Origin: Myxococcota bacterium
Lineage (GTDB): Bacteria > Myxococcota_A > UBA9160 > UBA4427
NCBI GenBank assembly: GCA_965250285.1
Contig: OZ252299.1
Location: 3,456,001 to 3,520,000 of the forward strand
Direction: 5' to 3'
DNA: 64,000 nucleotides
The position numbers and the translations under genes were made by a program. Positions 9,780 through 18,990 of this stretch are shown piece after piece (the stretch's first letter is position 1; the number at the start of each line of letters is the position of its first letter). The notes under the pieces are model-generated. The model had not been told where the DNA came from. It saw only the letters and a program-made list of their open reading frames with translations, and searched no databases.

Positions 9780-12371
9780 GTGACAGACGCATCCTCGCAG
9801 AACGACGAAGCGACCGAAGCCTCGACGCCGGGGCCGCCCGACGATCGCCCGCGGCTCGGCGAGTACGTGCCCGAGGGCGAACTCGTCGACGGTTCGGCGA
9901 TCCTCGATCGATTCATGCGCTGGGTCGCCGACACCGGGCTCACCCTCTACGAAGCACAGGAGGAAGCGCTGCTCGAGTTGATGGCGGGGCAGCACGTCAT
10001 CCTGTCGACGCCGACCGGAAGCGGCAAGAGTCTCGTCGCGCTCGGCATGCACTACATGGCGATGTGCCAGGGCAAGCGCTCGTTCTACACCGCGCCCATC
10101 AAGGCGCTCGTGAGCGAGAAGTTCTTCGATCTCTGTGAAGCCTTCGGCGCCGAGCACGTCGGCATGCTCACGGGCGACGCGACCATCAACTGGAGCGCGC
10201 CGATCGTGTGCTGCACGGCCGAGGTCCTCGCGAACATGGCGATCTCGAGCGGCGCACGCACCGATGCGCCCTGTGTCGTGATGGACGAATTTCACTACTA
10301 CGGCGACCGCGACCGCGGCGTGGCCTGGCAGCAACCCCTGCTCGAGCTCGCGCGCACCCAGTTCCTGCTCATGTCGGCCACGCTGGGCGATACGTCCGAG
10401 ATCGAGCGGCACGTCGAAGACGTGACGGGACGAGCCGTTTCACGCGTTCACTCCGACGAACGCCCGGTCCCGCTCGACTTCAGCTACGTCGAGACCGCCG
10501 TCCATGAGACGGTCGAGTCGCTGCTCCACGGTCACAAGGCGCCCATCTACATCGTCCACTTCACGCAGCGCGAAGCCGCCGAGCAGGCCCAGGCGCTGAC
10601 CAGTGCACAGATCACCGACAAAGAAGAGAAGAAGGCCGTCCAGAAGGCAATTGCGGGGTTTCGCTTCGACTCGCCCTACGGAAAGGACGTGAAGCGCATC
10701 CTGGGCCACGGGATCGGGCTCCACCACGCGGGTCTGCTGCCCAAGTATCGGCTGCTGGTCGAGCGGCTCGCCCAGCAGGGCCTTCTCAAGGTCATCTGCG
10801 GCACCGACACTCTGGGCGTCGGCGTGAACGTGCCGATTCGCTCCGTGCTCTTCTCGAAGCTCTGCAAGTTCGACGGCGAGAAGACCGCGATCCTGTCGGT
10901 GCGCGACTTCAAGCAGATCGCCGGGCGAGCCGGGCGCCGGGGCTTCGACGACGCCGGCAGCGTCATCGTCCAGGCACCCGAGCACGTCATCGAGAACAAG
11001 AAGCTCGAAGCGAAGGCCGCGCAGAAGCCCGGCCGCAAGAAGGTCGTCAAGAAGAAGCCGCCGACGCGCGGCTACGTGGCATGGAGCGATGAGACGCTCG
11101 AGCGACTGATCGAGAGCCCACCCGAGACCCTGAGCTCGCGCTTTCGCATCGACCACGGTCTGCTGATCGGCTGCCTCAAGGCCGAGGCCGCGGGCGGCGC
11201 CGCGGGCTATCGGCGTGTACTCGAGCTGATCGATCGCTGCCACGAACCCGCCGCAGCGAAGCCAGGGCTTCGTCGGGACGCCGCCGCACTCTTCCGCTCG
11301 CTGCGTGTCGCGGGCGTCGTCGAAGTCGATCGCGGATCGCACGGCGGCGAGATCCGGGTCAGCGAAGATCTCGACGCCGACTTCTCACTGCACCACGCCC
11401 TTTCGCTCTATCTCGTCGAGGCCGCGTCCGCGCTCGACCCGTCCGCTGACTCGACCCCGGTCGACGTGCTCGCCTTCACGGAGGCCATCCTCGAACAGCC
11501 GCGGCCGATCCTCATCGCCATGGAGAAGAAGGCCCGCGGCGACGCGATCGCAGCGATGAAGGCCGAGGGGATCGAGTACGACGAGCGCATGGAGAGACTC
11601 GAGAAGATCACGTACCCGAAGCCCAACGAAGACCTCATCTACGAGACGTTCGCGCTGTTTCGCGACGCGCATCCCTGGGTGGGGGCCGAGGCGATTCGGC
11701 CGAAGGGCGTCGCACGCGAGATGTTCGATGGGCTCGCCGCGTTCGACGACCACGTGAAGCGCATGGGCGTCGCGCGCGTCGAGGGCGTGCTGCTTCGCTA
11801 TCTCGGCCAGGTGCACGACACGCTGGCGCGCTCCCTGCCCGCTCCGCTCCGCACGCCCGCCGTGCAAGAGATGATCGGCTACTTCCGCTCGCTGATCGCT
11901 CGCGTCGACACGAGCCTGCTCCAGGAGTGGGAGAAGCTCGTGCACCCCGACGAGGACGACGCGGCGGCCGAGACGGCGGCCCGCGCGTACGACCTCGCGC
12001 AAGACGAGGCCGCGCTGCGCGCACGCATCCGGAGCGAAGTCGGCGGGCTGCTGCGTGCGATCGCGCACGGCGAGCTCGTCGAAGCCGCCGAGCGGCTCCG
12101 CCCCCGCGACGGGGGTGCCTGGTCGTCGAGCGCGCTCGAGCGCGAGCTCGCGAGCTTCTACGACGAGTTCGAGCGGGTTCGCTTCGACCCGACCGCGCGC
12201 CAGGGCCACTACACGGTGATCGAAGATGCGGGGCCGCGTCGCTGGCGGGTCCGCCAGGTGCTGCTCGACGAGCGCGACGAGGGCGTGTTCTACCTCGATC
12301 TCGAGGTCGACCTGACGGACGAAGTCAATCCCGAAGGCCCATTGCTCGACCTGCGCGCCGTCGCCAGCTAG
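9780..12371 (+). CDS. Ski2/HelY-like DExH-box helicase (DUF3516-type C-terminus)
   Basis: Motifs TPTGSGKS, APIKAL, TGD, MDEFHYY, MSAT, GTDTLGVGVN and QIAGRAGRRG. Confidence 0.9.
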   Translation: MTDASSQNDEATEASTPGPPDDRPRLGEYVPEGELVDGSAILDRFMRWVADTGLTLYEAQEEALLELMAGQHVILSTPTGSGKSLVALGMHYMAMCQGKRSFYTAPIKALVSEKFFDLCEAFGAEHVGMLTGDATINWSAPIVCCTAEVLANMAISSGARTDAPCVVMDEFHYYGDRDRGVAWQQPLLELARTQFLLMSATLGDTSEIERHVEDVTGRAVSRVHSDERPVPLDFSYVETAVHETVESLLHGHKAPIYIVHFTQREAAEQAQALTSAQITDKEEKKAVQKAIAGFRFDSPYGKDVKRILGHGIGLHHAGLLPKYRLLVERLAQQGLLKVICGTDTLGVGVNVPIRSVLFSKLCKFDGEKTAILSVRDFKQIAGRAGRRGFDDAGSVIVQAPEHVIENKKLEAKAAQKPGRKKVVKKKPPTRGYVAWSDETLERLIESPPETLSSRFRIDHGLLIGCLKAEAAGGAAGYRRVLELIDRCHEPAAAKPGLRRDAAALFRSLRVAGVVEVDRGSHGGEIRVSEDLDADFSLHHALSLYLVEAASALDPSADSTPVDVLAFTEAILEQPRPILIAMEKKARGDAIAAMKAEGIEYDERMERLEKITYPKPNEDLIYETFALFRDAHPWVGAEAIRPKGVAREMFDGLAAFDDHVKRMGVARVEGVLLRYLGQVHDTLARSLPAPLRTPAVQEMIGYFRSLIARVDTSLLQEWEKLVHPDEDDAAAETAARAYDLAQDEAALRARIRSEVGGLLRAIAHGELVEAAERLRPRDGGAWSSSALERELASFYDEFERVRFDPTARQGHYTVIEDAGPRRWRVRQVLLDERDEGVFYLDLEVDLTDEVNPEGPLLDLRAVAS

Positions 12372-12724
12372 CGATGCTCTGCAGAACTCGCTCCCCGCAC
12401 GCGAGAACAGCTCTGGGGGGTGAACTCGATGGCTGATCAGCAGGCGTTCGCGGGCGAGGCTTGGAAGCGGAAAGGCAATTCGACGCGCCGCGAGCGCTCC
12501 CTCGCCGAGAGTTCTGCGCTGCGACCGAAGCGCCCCGAGGCCGGGGCAGGCGGGGGTACCGCGCGCAGTTCGCAGGCGCGACGGGCGCAGCAAACGAGCT
12601 TCCCAGACAGGTCGCGCCGAGAATGTCTGAGCACGGTGCCCCCGCCTGCGCCGGCCCTGCGACGGCGGACCGTGCGGAGGTTCCCTAGGCGCCGGGGCCA
12701 CCAGCCACGGGCTGGGGCCGCCCC

Positions 12725-13654
12725 CTAGGCATCGGAGTCTTCCGCCGGCGCGCGGCCGGCCGACGGCGCTTCGAGATCGGCGTAGCCCGCGAGCTCACGC
12801 TCATATGCATCGAAGCCGACACGCTCGCGCAGCGCGGCGAACGAGAGCATGTCTTCGGGCGTGCGACCGGCACGCAGCTCGTCCAGCGCACGCTCCATCG
12901 CCGCGATGGCCGCGGACAGGAGCGTGAGGGGGTAGGCGGCGAGCTGATAGCCCATCGACTCGAGGCGCTCGGGCGAGAGCAGCGGGGTGCCACCCCCCTC
13001 GAGCATGTTCGCCATCTTGGGCCCCGGAATCGCCCGACAGAGCCGCTCCATTTCGAGCTCGGTCTGCGGGGCCTCGAAGAAGACGAGGTCGGCGCCGAGA
13101 TCGTGGAACGCGAGGCAGCGCTCGAGGGCTTCGTCGAACCCGTCGGTGGCCCGCGCGTCGGTGCGCGCCATGACGAGCACGTCGGCGCCCGCGTCGCGTG
13201 CGTCGACGGCGGCGCGCACGCGCTGCATCGCCTCGGCGCGCGGCACGACCGCTTTCCCACTCGTATGACCACACCGTTTCGGCGCCACTTGATCTTCGAT
13301 CATCGCGCAGGCGAACCCGGCGCGTGCGTACGTCTCGACCGTGCGCTTCACGTTCATCGGATTGCCGTAGCCGGTGTCCGCATCGCCCAGCACGGGAATG
13401 TCGACCGCTCCGCAGATCTGTCGGCCCTGATCGACCATCTCGCCGAACGAGATCAGACCGGTGTCGGGCAGCGCAAGACGAGCCGCCGAGACCGCGAAGC
13501 CGCTCATGAACGTGAGATCGAAGCCCGCGCGCTCGATGAGACGTGCCGACATCGCGTCGAAGCAGCACGGCATCACGTGGAGCCCACCCGATTCGAGGAG
13601 GCGCGCGAGCCGCGCGCGAGGCGTCGATCGTTCGGCATCGGATTCGAAGGTCAT
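12725..13654 (-). CDS. isocitrate lyase/PEP mutase family protein (methylisocitrate lyase-like)
   Basis: Motifs DADTGYG, IEDQVAPKRCGH, ARTDA and ANMLEGG. Confidence 0.9.
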   Translation of the reverse strand: MTFESDAERSTPRARLARLLESGGLHVMPCCFDAMSARLIERAGFDLTFMSGFAVSAARLALPDTGLISFGEMVDQGRQICGAVDIPVLGDADTGYGNPMNVKRTVETYARAGFACAMIEDQVAPKRCGHTSGKAVVPRAEAMQRVRAAVDARDAGADVLVMARTDARATDGFDEALERCLAFHDLGADLVFFEAPQTELEMERLCRAIPGPKMANMLEGGGTPLLSPERLESMGYQLAAYPLTLLSAAIAAMERALDELRAGRTPEDMLSFAALRERVGFDAYERELAGYADLEAPSAGRAPAEDSDA

Positions 13655-13755
13655 CGTGCGGTCGCCCCGAGTCGCCCGGCCAGCGCGCGCGGCCGAGATC
13701 GCTCCGCAGGCTAGCACCGCGCCGGCTGCGGCCGGCGCCCGTGGCACAACCCGGG

Positions 13756-15537
13756 CTAGCGCTCGTAAGCGCCGACCTCATCGTCGGCCGACATCAGGCC
13801 AGGCAGATCGATCGTGAAGGTCGTCCCGGCCTGGGGGGTCGACTCGACGTTGATCGTGCCGCCGTGGTTGCGAACGATGTGATAGCAGATGGCGAGACCG
13901 AGCCCCGTGCCTTCGCCCACCGGTTTCGTGGTGAAGAACGGGTCGAAGATGCGATCGCGGAGTGCGGCCGGGATGCCGCAGCCGTCGTCGTGTACGCGCA
14001 GGATCGCACCGCCCGTACGCGCCTCGGACGAGACGACGACGCGCCCTTCTTCGCCGACCGCATGGATCGCATTCACGACGAGGTTCACGATCACCTGCTC
14101 GAGCTCGCCCCGGCGGCAAGCGACATCGGGCAGCGCGCGATCGAGTCGAAGATCGAGCTCGACGCCTGCCGCCGCGCCCGAAAGCGCCACCCGCACGGCG
14201 CGTTCGACGAGCTCGTTCGGGTCGACCACCGTCCGCTCTCCCTGCGCTGGCTCGGAGAAGCCCTGGACGTTGCGGACGAGCGCGGTGACACGGTCGACGC
14301 CCTCGAGCGACTCGCCGATCAGGTCGTCGCCCTCTTCGACGATGTCCTGGGCGCGTTCGCCCAGGCCGGCCTTGTCGACGTCGAGGGTCAGCACCTGCCA
14401 ATGCAACTTGAGATCGGTGAGGCTGCCTCGAACTTCGAGCATCGGGCGCATGATCTCGCGCGCGATCCCAGCGCTCAGATCGCCGACTGCAGCCAGTCGG
14501 GCCGAGTTGACCAGACGATGGCGGAGCGCGGCGACGTCTCGGCGATCCCGCACGATGAGCGCGTAGCCCACCGGGCCGCGCCGCTCGTGCACGACGGCCA
14601 CGGGCGAGGCGACCACCGGCAGATCCCGCCCATCGCCCCGCCGCAGCACCAGCTCGGTCCCGGGCGCGACGTCGTCGAGCGAGCGTGTCATGCGCGGAAT
14701 CAGGTCGTGCACGCTGCGCCGCGCGGCTTCAGCCGGCGCCAGGTCGGCCAGCTCGGCCAGATGCGGATTCAGATAGCGGATCGAGCCGTCGCGTCGAACC
14801 AAGGCGACACCGTCGGGCAGTGAGCCGATGATCTCCTCGGCGAAGGCGTCAGCCGAGAGGAGCGAGAACCCGTAGCGCTGGAGATGGACCGCGATGACGC
14901 CGCAGGCGACCGCGAGCGCGGTGCTGCCCATGAGCGGGGGATAGATGTCCATCAGGGGCAGCAGCGCATCGCACACAACGGCGAGCACCAGGGCCGCGCC
15001 CAGGCTGGCGACGACGACCGTCGTGGTTCGACGCTCACCCCCCGATCCGTTCTGCGGCGCGGACGCGCGCCAAGCGACGAGCACGAGGATCGCCGGTACG
15101 ACCGCGATCGCGAGCGCCGGAGCGAAGAGCCAGCCGTACTCGAGCCGCCAGCCCGTGGGCGGCGTCGCCTCGAGCGAGATCAGGCCCCACGGCGTGAAGG
15201 CATAGGTCACGGCGAAGAGCGCGCTCAGCCCGTAGAGCCATGGGGTCAGCCGATGAATCGAAGACCGACTGTTGCCGCGCAGCTCGGCGAACGTGTGAAA
15301 GAAGAAGGCCGAAACGGGGATCCAGCCGAGCCCGGTCAGCCGCATGATCGCGGCCGCGCTCTCGTTCGACGGCGCCATCGCGCAGAGCGACTCGCAGAGC
15401 GCCCACCAACCCACGCAGCCGATGACGGCGCCCATCAGGCGATTCGGTCGGAAGCCGGGGTCGCGCACGATGATCGCGGTTGCGAGCGCAATGCACGCCA
15501 TCGCCGTGAGCATCTTGAAGAGGATGAGCGTGCTCAC
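13756..15537 (-). CDS. membrane (7TM-type)-PAS histidine kinase; intact HATPase, phospho-acceptor His replaced by Arg
   Basis: Multi-TM N-terminus and PAS domain. H-box reads SAGIAREIMRP. N box NLVVNAIHA, G1 DDGCGI, F FDPFFTTK and G2 GTGLGL are intact. Confidence 0.88.
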   Translation of the reverse strand: MSTLILFKMLTAMACIALATAIIVRDPGFRPNRLMGAVIGCVGWWALCESLCAMAPSNESAAAIMRLTGLGWIPVSAFFFHTFAELRGNSRSSIHRLTPWLYGLSALFAVTYAFTPWGLISLEATPPTGWRLEYGWLFAPALAIAVVPAILVLVAWRASAPQNGSGGERRTTTVVVASLGAALVLAVVCDALLPLMDIYPPLMGSTALAVACGVIAVHLQRYGFSLLSADAFAEEIIGSLPDGVALVRRDGSIRYLNPHLAELADLAPAEAARRSVHDLIPRMTRSLDDVAPGTELVLRRGDGRDLPVVASPVAVVHERRGPVGYALIVRDRRDVAALRHRLVNSARLAAVGDLSAGIAREIMRPMLEVRGSLTDLKLHWQVLTLDVDKAGLGERAQDIVEEGDDLIGESLEGVDRVTALVRNVQGFSEPAQGERTVVDPNELVERAVRVALSGAAAGVELDLRLDRALPDVACRRGELEQVIVNLVVNAIHAVGEEGRVVVSSEARTGGAILRVHDDGCGIPAALRDRIFDPFFTTKPVGEGTGLGLAICYHIVRNHGGTINVESTPQAGTTFTIDLPGLMSADDEVGAYER

Positions 15538-17306
15538 GCAACGCCCTCCCCGGGTCGGACCGCGTCCGTCTCGTGGGGCAACGCATCGTCTTCGACGGGA
15601 AAGAGCAGGCGCACGCGGGTGAAGCCGTCGTCGAACTCCTCGACCTCGAAGTCGCCGCCTTCTTCTTCGACGATCTCACGCGCGATCACGAGCTGGATGC
15701 CGCCCGACGCCACGCGACCTGCCGGCTCCGACATGCGCGCGGCCCGGTCGGTGCGGAGCTCGAAGACGATCTGAACGTGGTCTGCGTCGAGCGACGTGCC
15801 GACCTCGACGCCCTGGCCGTCGGCGACGTGCGCGAACGCCCACTGCGCCACTCCGAACAGCGCCTGCTTGAGCTCCTGCCCGCCGATCTCGATGCGCGGC
15901 AGGTCGGCCATGCTGCGCTCGACGCGCTCGCTCGATCCGCGATGCAGCGAGGCGAGCTGCAGTGCGCTCTCGAGCAGCTCGTTCACATCGGCGAGCTGTC
16001 GTCGGCCCTGACCAGCATGGGCGAACGCGCGCACCTCGCGCACGATCGACGAGATGCGGGCGAGACCCGTCAACGCTTCTTCGACGCGGTCCGAGCCCGA
16101 GTCGACGAACTCGGGCGTGCACGCCGGATCCACACCGTCTTCGGCCAGCAGGGCCGCGAGCTCGGCGTAGTGTCGGCGCATCAGATTGAGATTCGCCTGG
16201 ATGTAGGCGACCGGGTTGTTGACCTCGTGCGCGATGCCGGCGGCCATTTCGCCGACGGTCGCCATCTGATTCGCGGTTCGCAGGTGACTGCGCAGGAACG
16301 CCTGCTCTCGCAGGTCGCGGAGCGATACGACGTGGCCGACCGGGCCGCCCTGCCGATCGTGGATCGGCGAGATGCTCACGGCCACCGGGATCGGATCGCG
16401 CTCGAACGGCAGCAGCTCTGACTCGCGCTCGTCGTCGAGCGCCAGCAGCTCGGGCAGCGGCATCAGGATGAGGCTCGAGGCCGAGCGACCGATCAGCTCT
16501 TCTCGCGGCTCACCCATCCACGTCGCCAGCGTCTGGTTCACGCTGCGCAAGCGGCCGTCGGTCTCGATCAGCGCGACACCGCTCGGCAAGCGCTCGAGGA
16601 TGCGCCGGGCGAGACCCGCCTCCGAGATGGCTCCGTCGAAGCCGCTGAAGTAGTGCAGCCAGGCGGCGCCACCGAGCACCGAGATCGCGAGGACGCCCAC
16701 GCGCGGGAAGTCGATGCCCATCATCGGCAGAACGCCCTCGGTCACGAACGCGGCCAGCAGCGGAATCGCGATGAGCACCGCGAGCAGCAGATCGGAGCTG
16801 CGCAGCGGCGCCCGCGCGCTCTTGTCGGTGGTCGCGGCCAGCGCCACGATCGTGATGAGCGGCGGCACGAGCCCCTGCACGAGGATCAGCGGAAAGAGCG
16901 GCCCGGCTTTCAGTCGCCAGATCGTCATGAGCGAAGGGACGACCCCCTCGACCACCCACGGCGTCGCGAGCGCGAGCACGGCGATCGGCAACCCCGTACA
17001 GACGGCGCCCAGCGAGATGATGCGCAGTGCACGCGCGTGGCCGGGACGGAGCGTGCCGAGCGCGAGCGGCAGCAGCGGACCGAGCGCGATCGCCAGGACC
17101 GCGATGATGCGCACCCAGATCACCGCGCTCTCGGCGTCCGGACTGGTCGCCGTCATCAGCTCCATCAGGGCCCAGAGCGACGCGAACGAGAGGATCACGG
17201 CCGAGACCCGGGTCGCAGCGTGCTGAGGCGCACGGGCGACGCTCGCCGCCGCGATGGCGGTTCCGAGGACGCAAGCCGTGAGCGGCACGAAGACGTACGG
17301 ATGCAT
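15534..17306 (-). CDS. membrane (7TM-type)-PAS histidine kinase; intact H-box, degenerate HATPase
   Basis: Start MHPYVFVP at 17306; multi-TM region and PAS domain; H-box AAGIAHEVNNP. N, G1, F and G2 motifs are absent. 4-bp GTGA overlap with the next gene. Confidence 0.85.
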   Translation of the reverse strand: MHPYVFVPLTACVLGTAIAAASVARAPQHAATRVSAVILSFASLWALMELMTATSPDAESAVIWVRIIAVLAIALGPLLPLALGTLRPGHARALRIISLGAVCTGLPIAVLALATPWVVEGVVPSLMTIWRLKAGPLFPLILVQGLVPPLITIVALAATTDKSARAPLRSSDLLLAVLIAIPLLAAFVTEGVLPMMGIDFPRVGVLAISVLGGAAWLHYFSGFDGAISEAGLARRILERLPSGVALIETDGRLRSVNQTLATWMGEPREELIGRSASSLILMPLPELLALDDERESELLPFERDPIPVAVSISPIHDRQGGPVGHVVSLRDLREQAFLRSHLRTANQMATVGEMAAGIAHEVNNPVAYIQANLNLMRRHYAELAALLAEDGVDPACTPEFVDSGSDRVEEALTGLARISSIVREVRAFAHAGQGRRQLADVNELLESALQLASLHRGSSERVERSMADLPRIEIGGQELKQALFGVAQWAFAHVADGQGVEVGTSLDADHVQIVFELRTDRAARMSEPAGRVASGGIQLVIAREIVEEEGGDFEVEEFDDGFTRVRLLFPVEDDALPHETDAVRPGEGVA

Positions 17307-17559
17307 GAATCCGGGGCTCCCCGGACGATTCATCGACGCGCCGACACGGCGGCTTGACTTGACGGCACAGGGCTGTCGGCGCCACACTTGCGGCATGCCG
17401 AAGCGTTCCAAAGTCACGGGCAACCGAGACGCAGGCCCCATGCAGGTCATGCGCAGCTCGTTTGCAGCAAGCGTCGAGCGACCTCGCTCGAGCGCCGTGT
17501 CGACCCGCGCCGCGCGCCGCTTCGGCCCCCTGCTCACGACGATCCTGACGCCGACGAAC

Positions 17560-17646
17560 ACGTCCACTCTGACGTCCACTCTGACGTCCACCCCGACGTC
17601 CACCCCGACGTCCACCCCGACGTCCACCCCGACGTCCACCCCGACG
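17560..17646. repeat. 12-bp tandem repeat x7
   Basis: ACGTCCACTCTG x2 then ACGTCCACCCCG x5, between the divergent kinase pair and asd. Confidence 0.95.
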
Positions 17647-17839
17647 CCCTAGTCGGAAGAACGGATCGCACGACGCGGTGAAGCCGCGACCCGATGACCG
17701 CTCTTCCGACGGACGGAAGGGTGTCTTCGCGAGGTCGCGAACGCCGTGCGTGCAAACGCAGCTCCACGACCTCGCTTCACCGTGTGATCCAGGCCGGCCA
17801 CGCTGGCGGACCACACGACCCAGACGAGGAGGCAAGACC

Positions 17840-18880
17840 GTGGAACGCACGACAACTCGAGAACGAGACGGCGCGAGCCGCCAACCCCAGGGCGTCGACG
17901 TCGGCGTCGTCGGTGCGACGGGCGCCGTCGGCGAGGTGCTGATCCGCCTGCTCTTCGAGCGCGGCTTTCCGGTGCGCGAGCTTCGACCGCTCGCGAGTGA
18001 GCGCTCGGTCGGCCGACGCGTGCTCGCCGGTGGACGCGAATTCGAGGTCCACCAGGCCGATGCGGGGGCCTTCGACGGGCTCGACGTCGTCTTCTTCGCA
18101 GCGACGGGCGGGCTCTCGGGCGAGCTCGCCCCCGCGGTGGTCGAAGCCGGCGCCGTCGCCATCGACAAGTCGAGCACGTTTCGCATGAAAGCGGGCGTCC
18201 CGCTCGTCGTGCCCGAAGTGAACGCACATGCGCTGCGCGACCACGACGGCATCATCGCGTGTCCGAACTGTACGACCATCGGGCTGGTGATGGCGCTCGC
18301 GCCCCTCGAGACCGAGGCACACCTCGACCGGGTCATCGCTACGACGCTGCAGTCGGTTTCGGGCTCCGGGCGGCCGGGCGTCGATGAGCTACATCGGCAG
18401 CTCGCCGACGACGAGGCGGCGCCCGACGTGTTCGCCGCGCCGATCGCCCGCAACGTCGTGCCGCTGTGCGATCAGGCCTTGCCCGACGGCGCGTCGAGCG
18501 AGGAGCACAAGCTGGTCGACGAGACGCGCAAGATCCTCGGCCGCCCCGATCTGCCGGTGCACGCGACGTGTGTCCGCGTCCCGGTCGAGGTCGGGCACTC
18601 GGCGTCGGTGATCGTCGAGACCCGGCGTGACCTCGACGCGGTGGGCGCACGCGCGGCCTGGCGCGCCTTCCCCGGCGTCGAGGTCGTCGACGACTGGCCG
18701 GCCGGCGTGTTCCCGACGCCCCGCGACGTCGAAGGCCGCGACGAGGTGCTCGTCGGGCGCGCGCGCCCCGACGCTGCGACGGGCGGCCTCGCCTTCTTCG
18801 AGGTTTCGGACAACCTGCGCAAGGGCGCCGCGACCAACGCGATCCAGATCGCCGAGACCCTCTTCACGCCCGGTCGCTGA
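17840..18880 (+). CDS. asd: aspartate-semialdehyde dehydrogenase
   Basis: GAGGAGG RBS then GTG 17840. Motifs VVGATGAVG, LASERS, PLVVPEVN, PNCTT, QSVSGSG, RVPVEVGHS and DNLRKGAATNAIQIAE. Confidence 0.93.
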   Translation: MERTTTRERDGASRQPQGVDVGVVGATGAVGEVLIRLLFERGFPVRELRPLASERSVGRRVLAGGREFEVHQADAGAFDGLDVVFFAATGGLSGELAPAVVEAGAVAIDKSSTFRMKAGVPLVVPEVNAHALRDHDGIIACPNCTTIGLVMALAPLETEAHLDRVIATTLQSVSGSGRPGVDELHRQLADDEAAPDVFAAPIARNVVPLCDQALPDGASSEEHKLVDETRKILGRPDLPVHATCVRVPVEVGHSASVIVETRRDLDAVGARAAWRAFPGVEVVDDWPAGVFPTPRDVEGRDEVLVGRARPDAATGGLAFFEVSDNLRKGAATNAIQIAETLFTPGR

Positions 18881-18990
18881 CCCGCGCCTTCGAGGGGACG
18901 GGGAACCGGGGCTCGCCTATTCTCGCGCGCCCCGCCCGGCCGAGAGGCCGCGTTCCCCGCCCCTCCCAGGCGCATACCCAGGAGCCCCCC

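Noticed and set aside
15534..17639. N-terminal DVGV-repeat extension of the upstream kinase
   Set aside because: It comes from the 12-bp DNA repeat. The paralog's length and first TM helix place the start at 17306.
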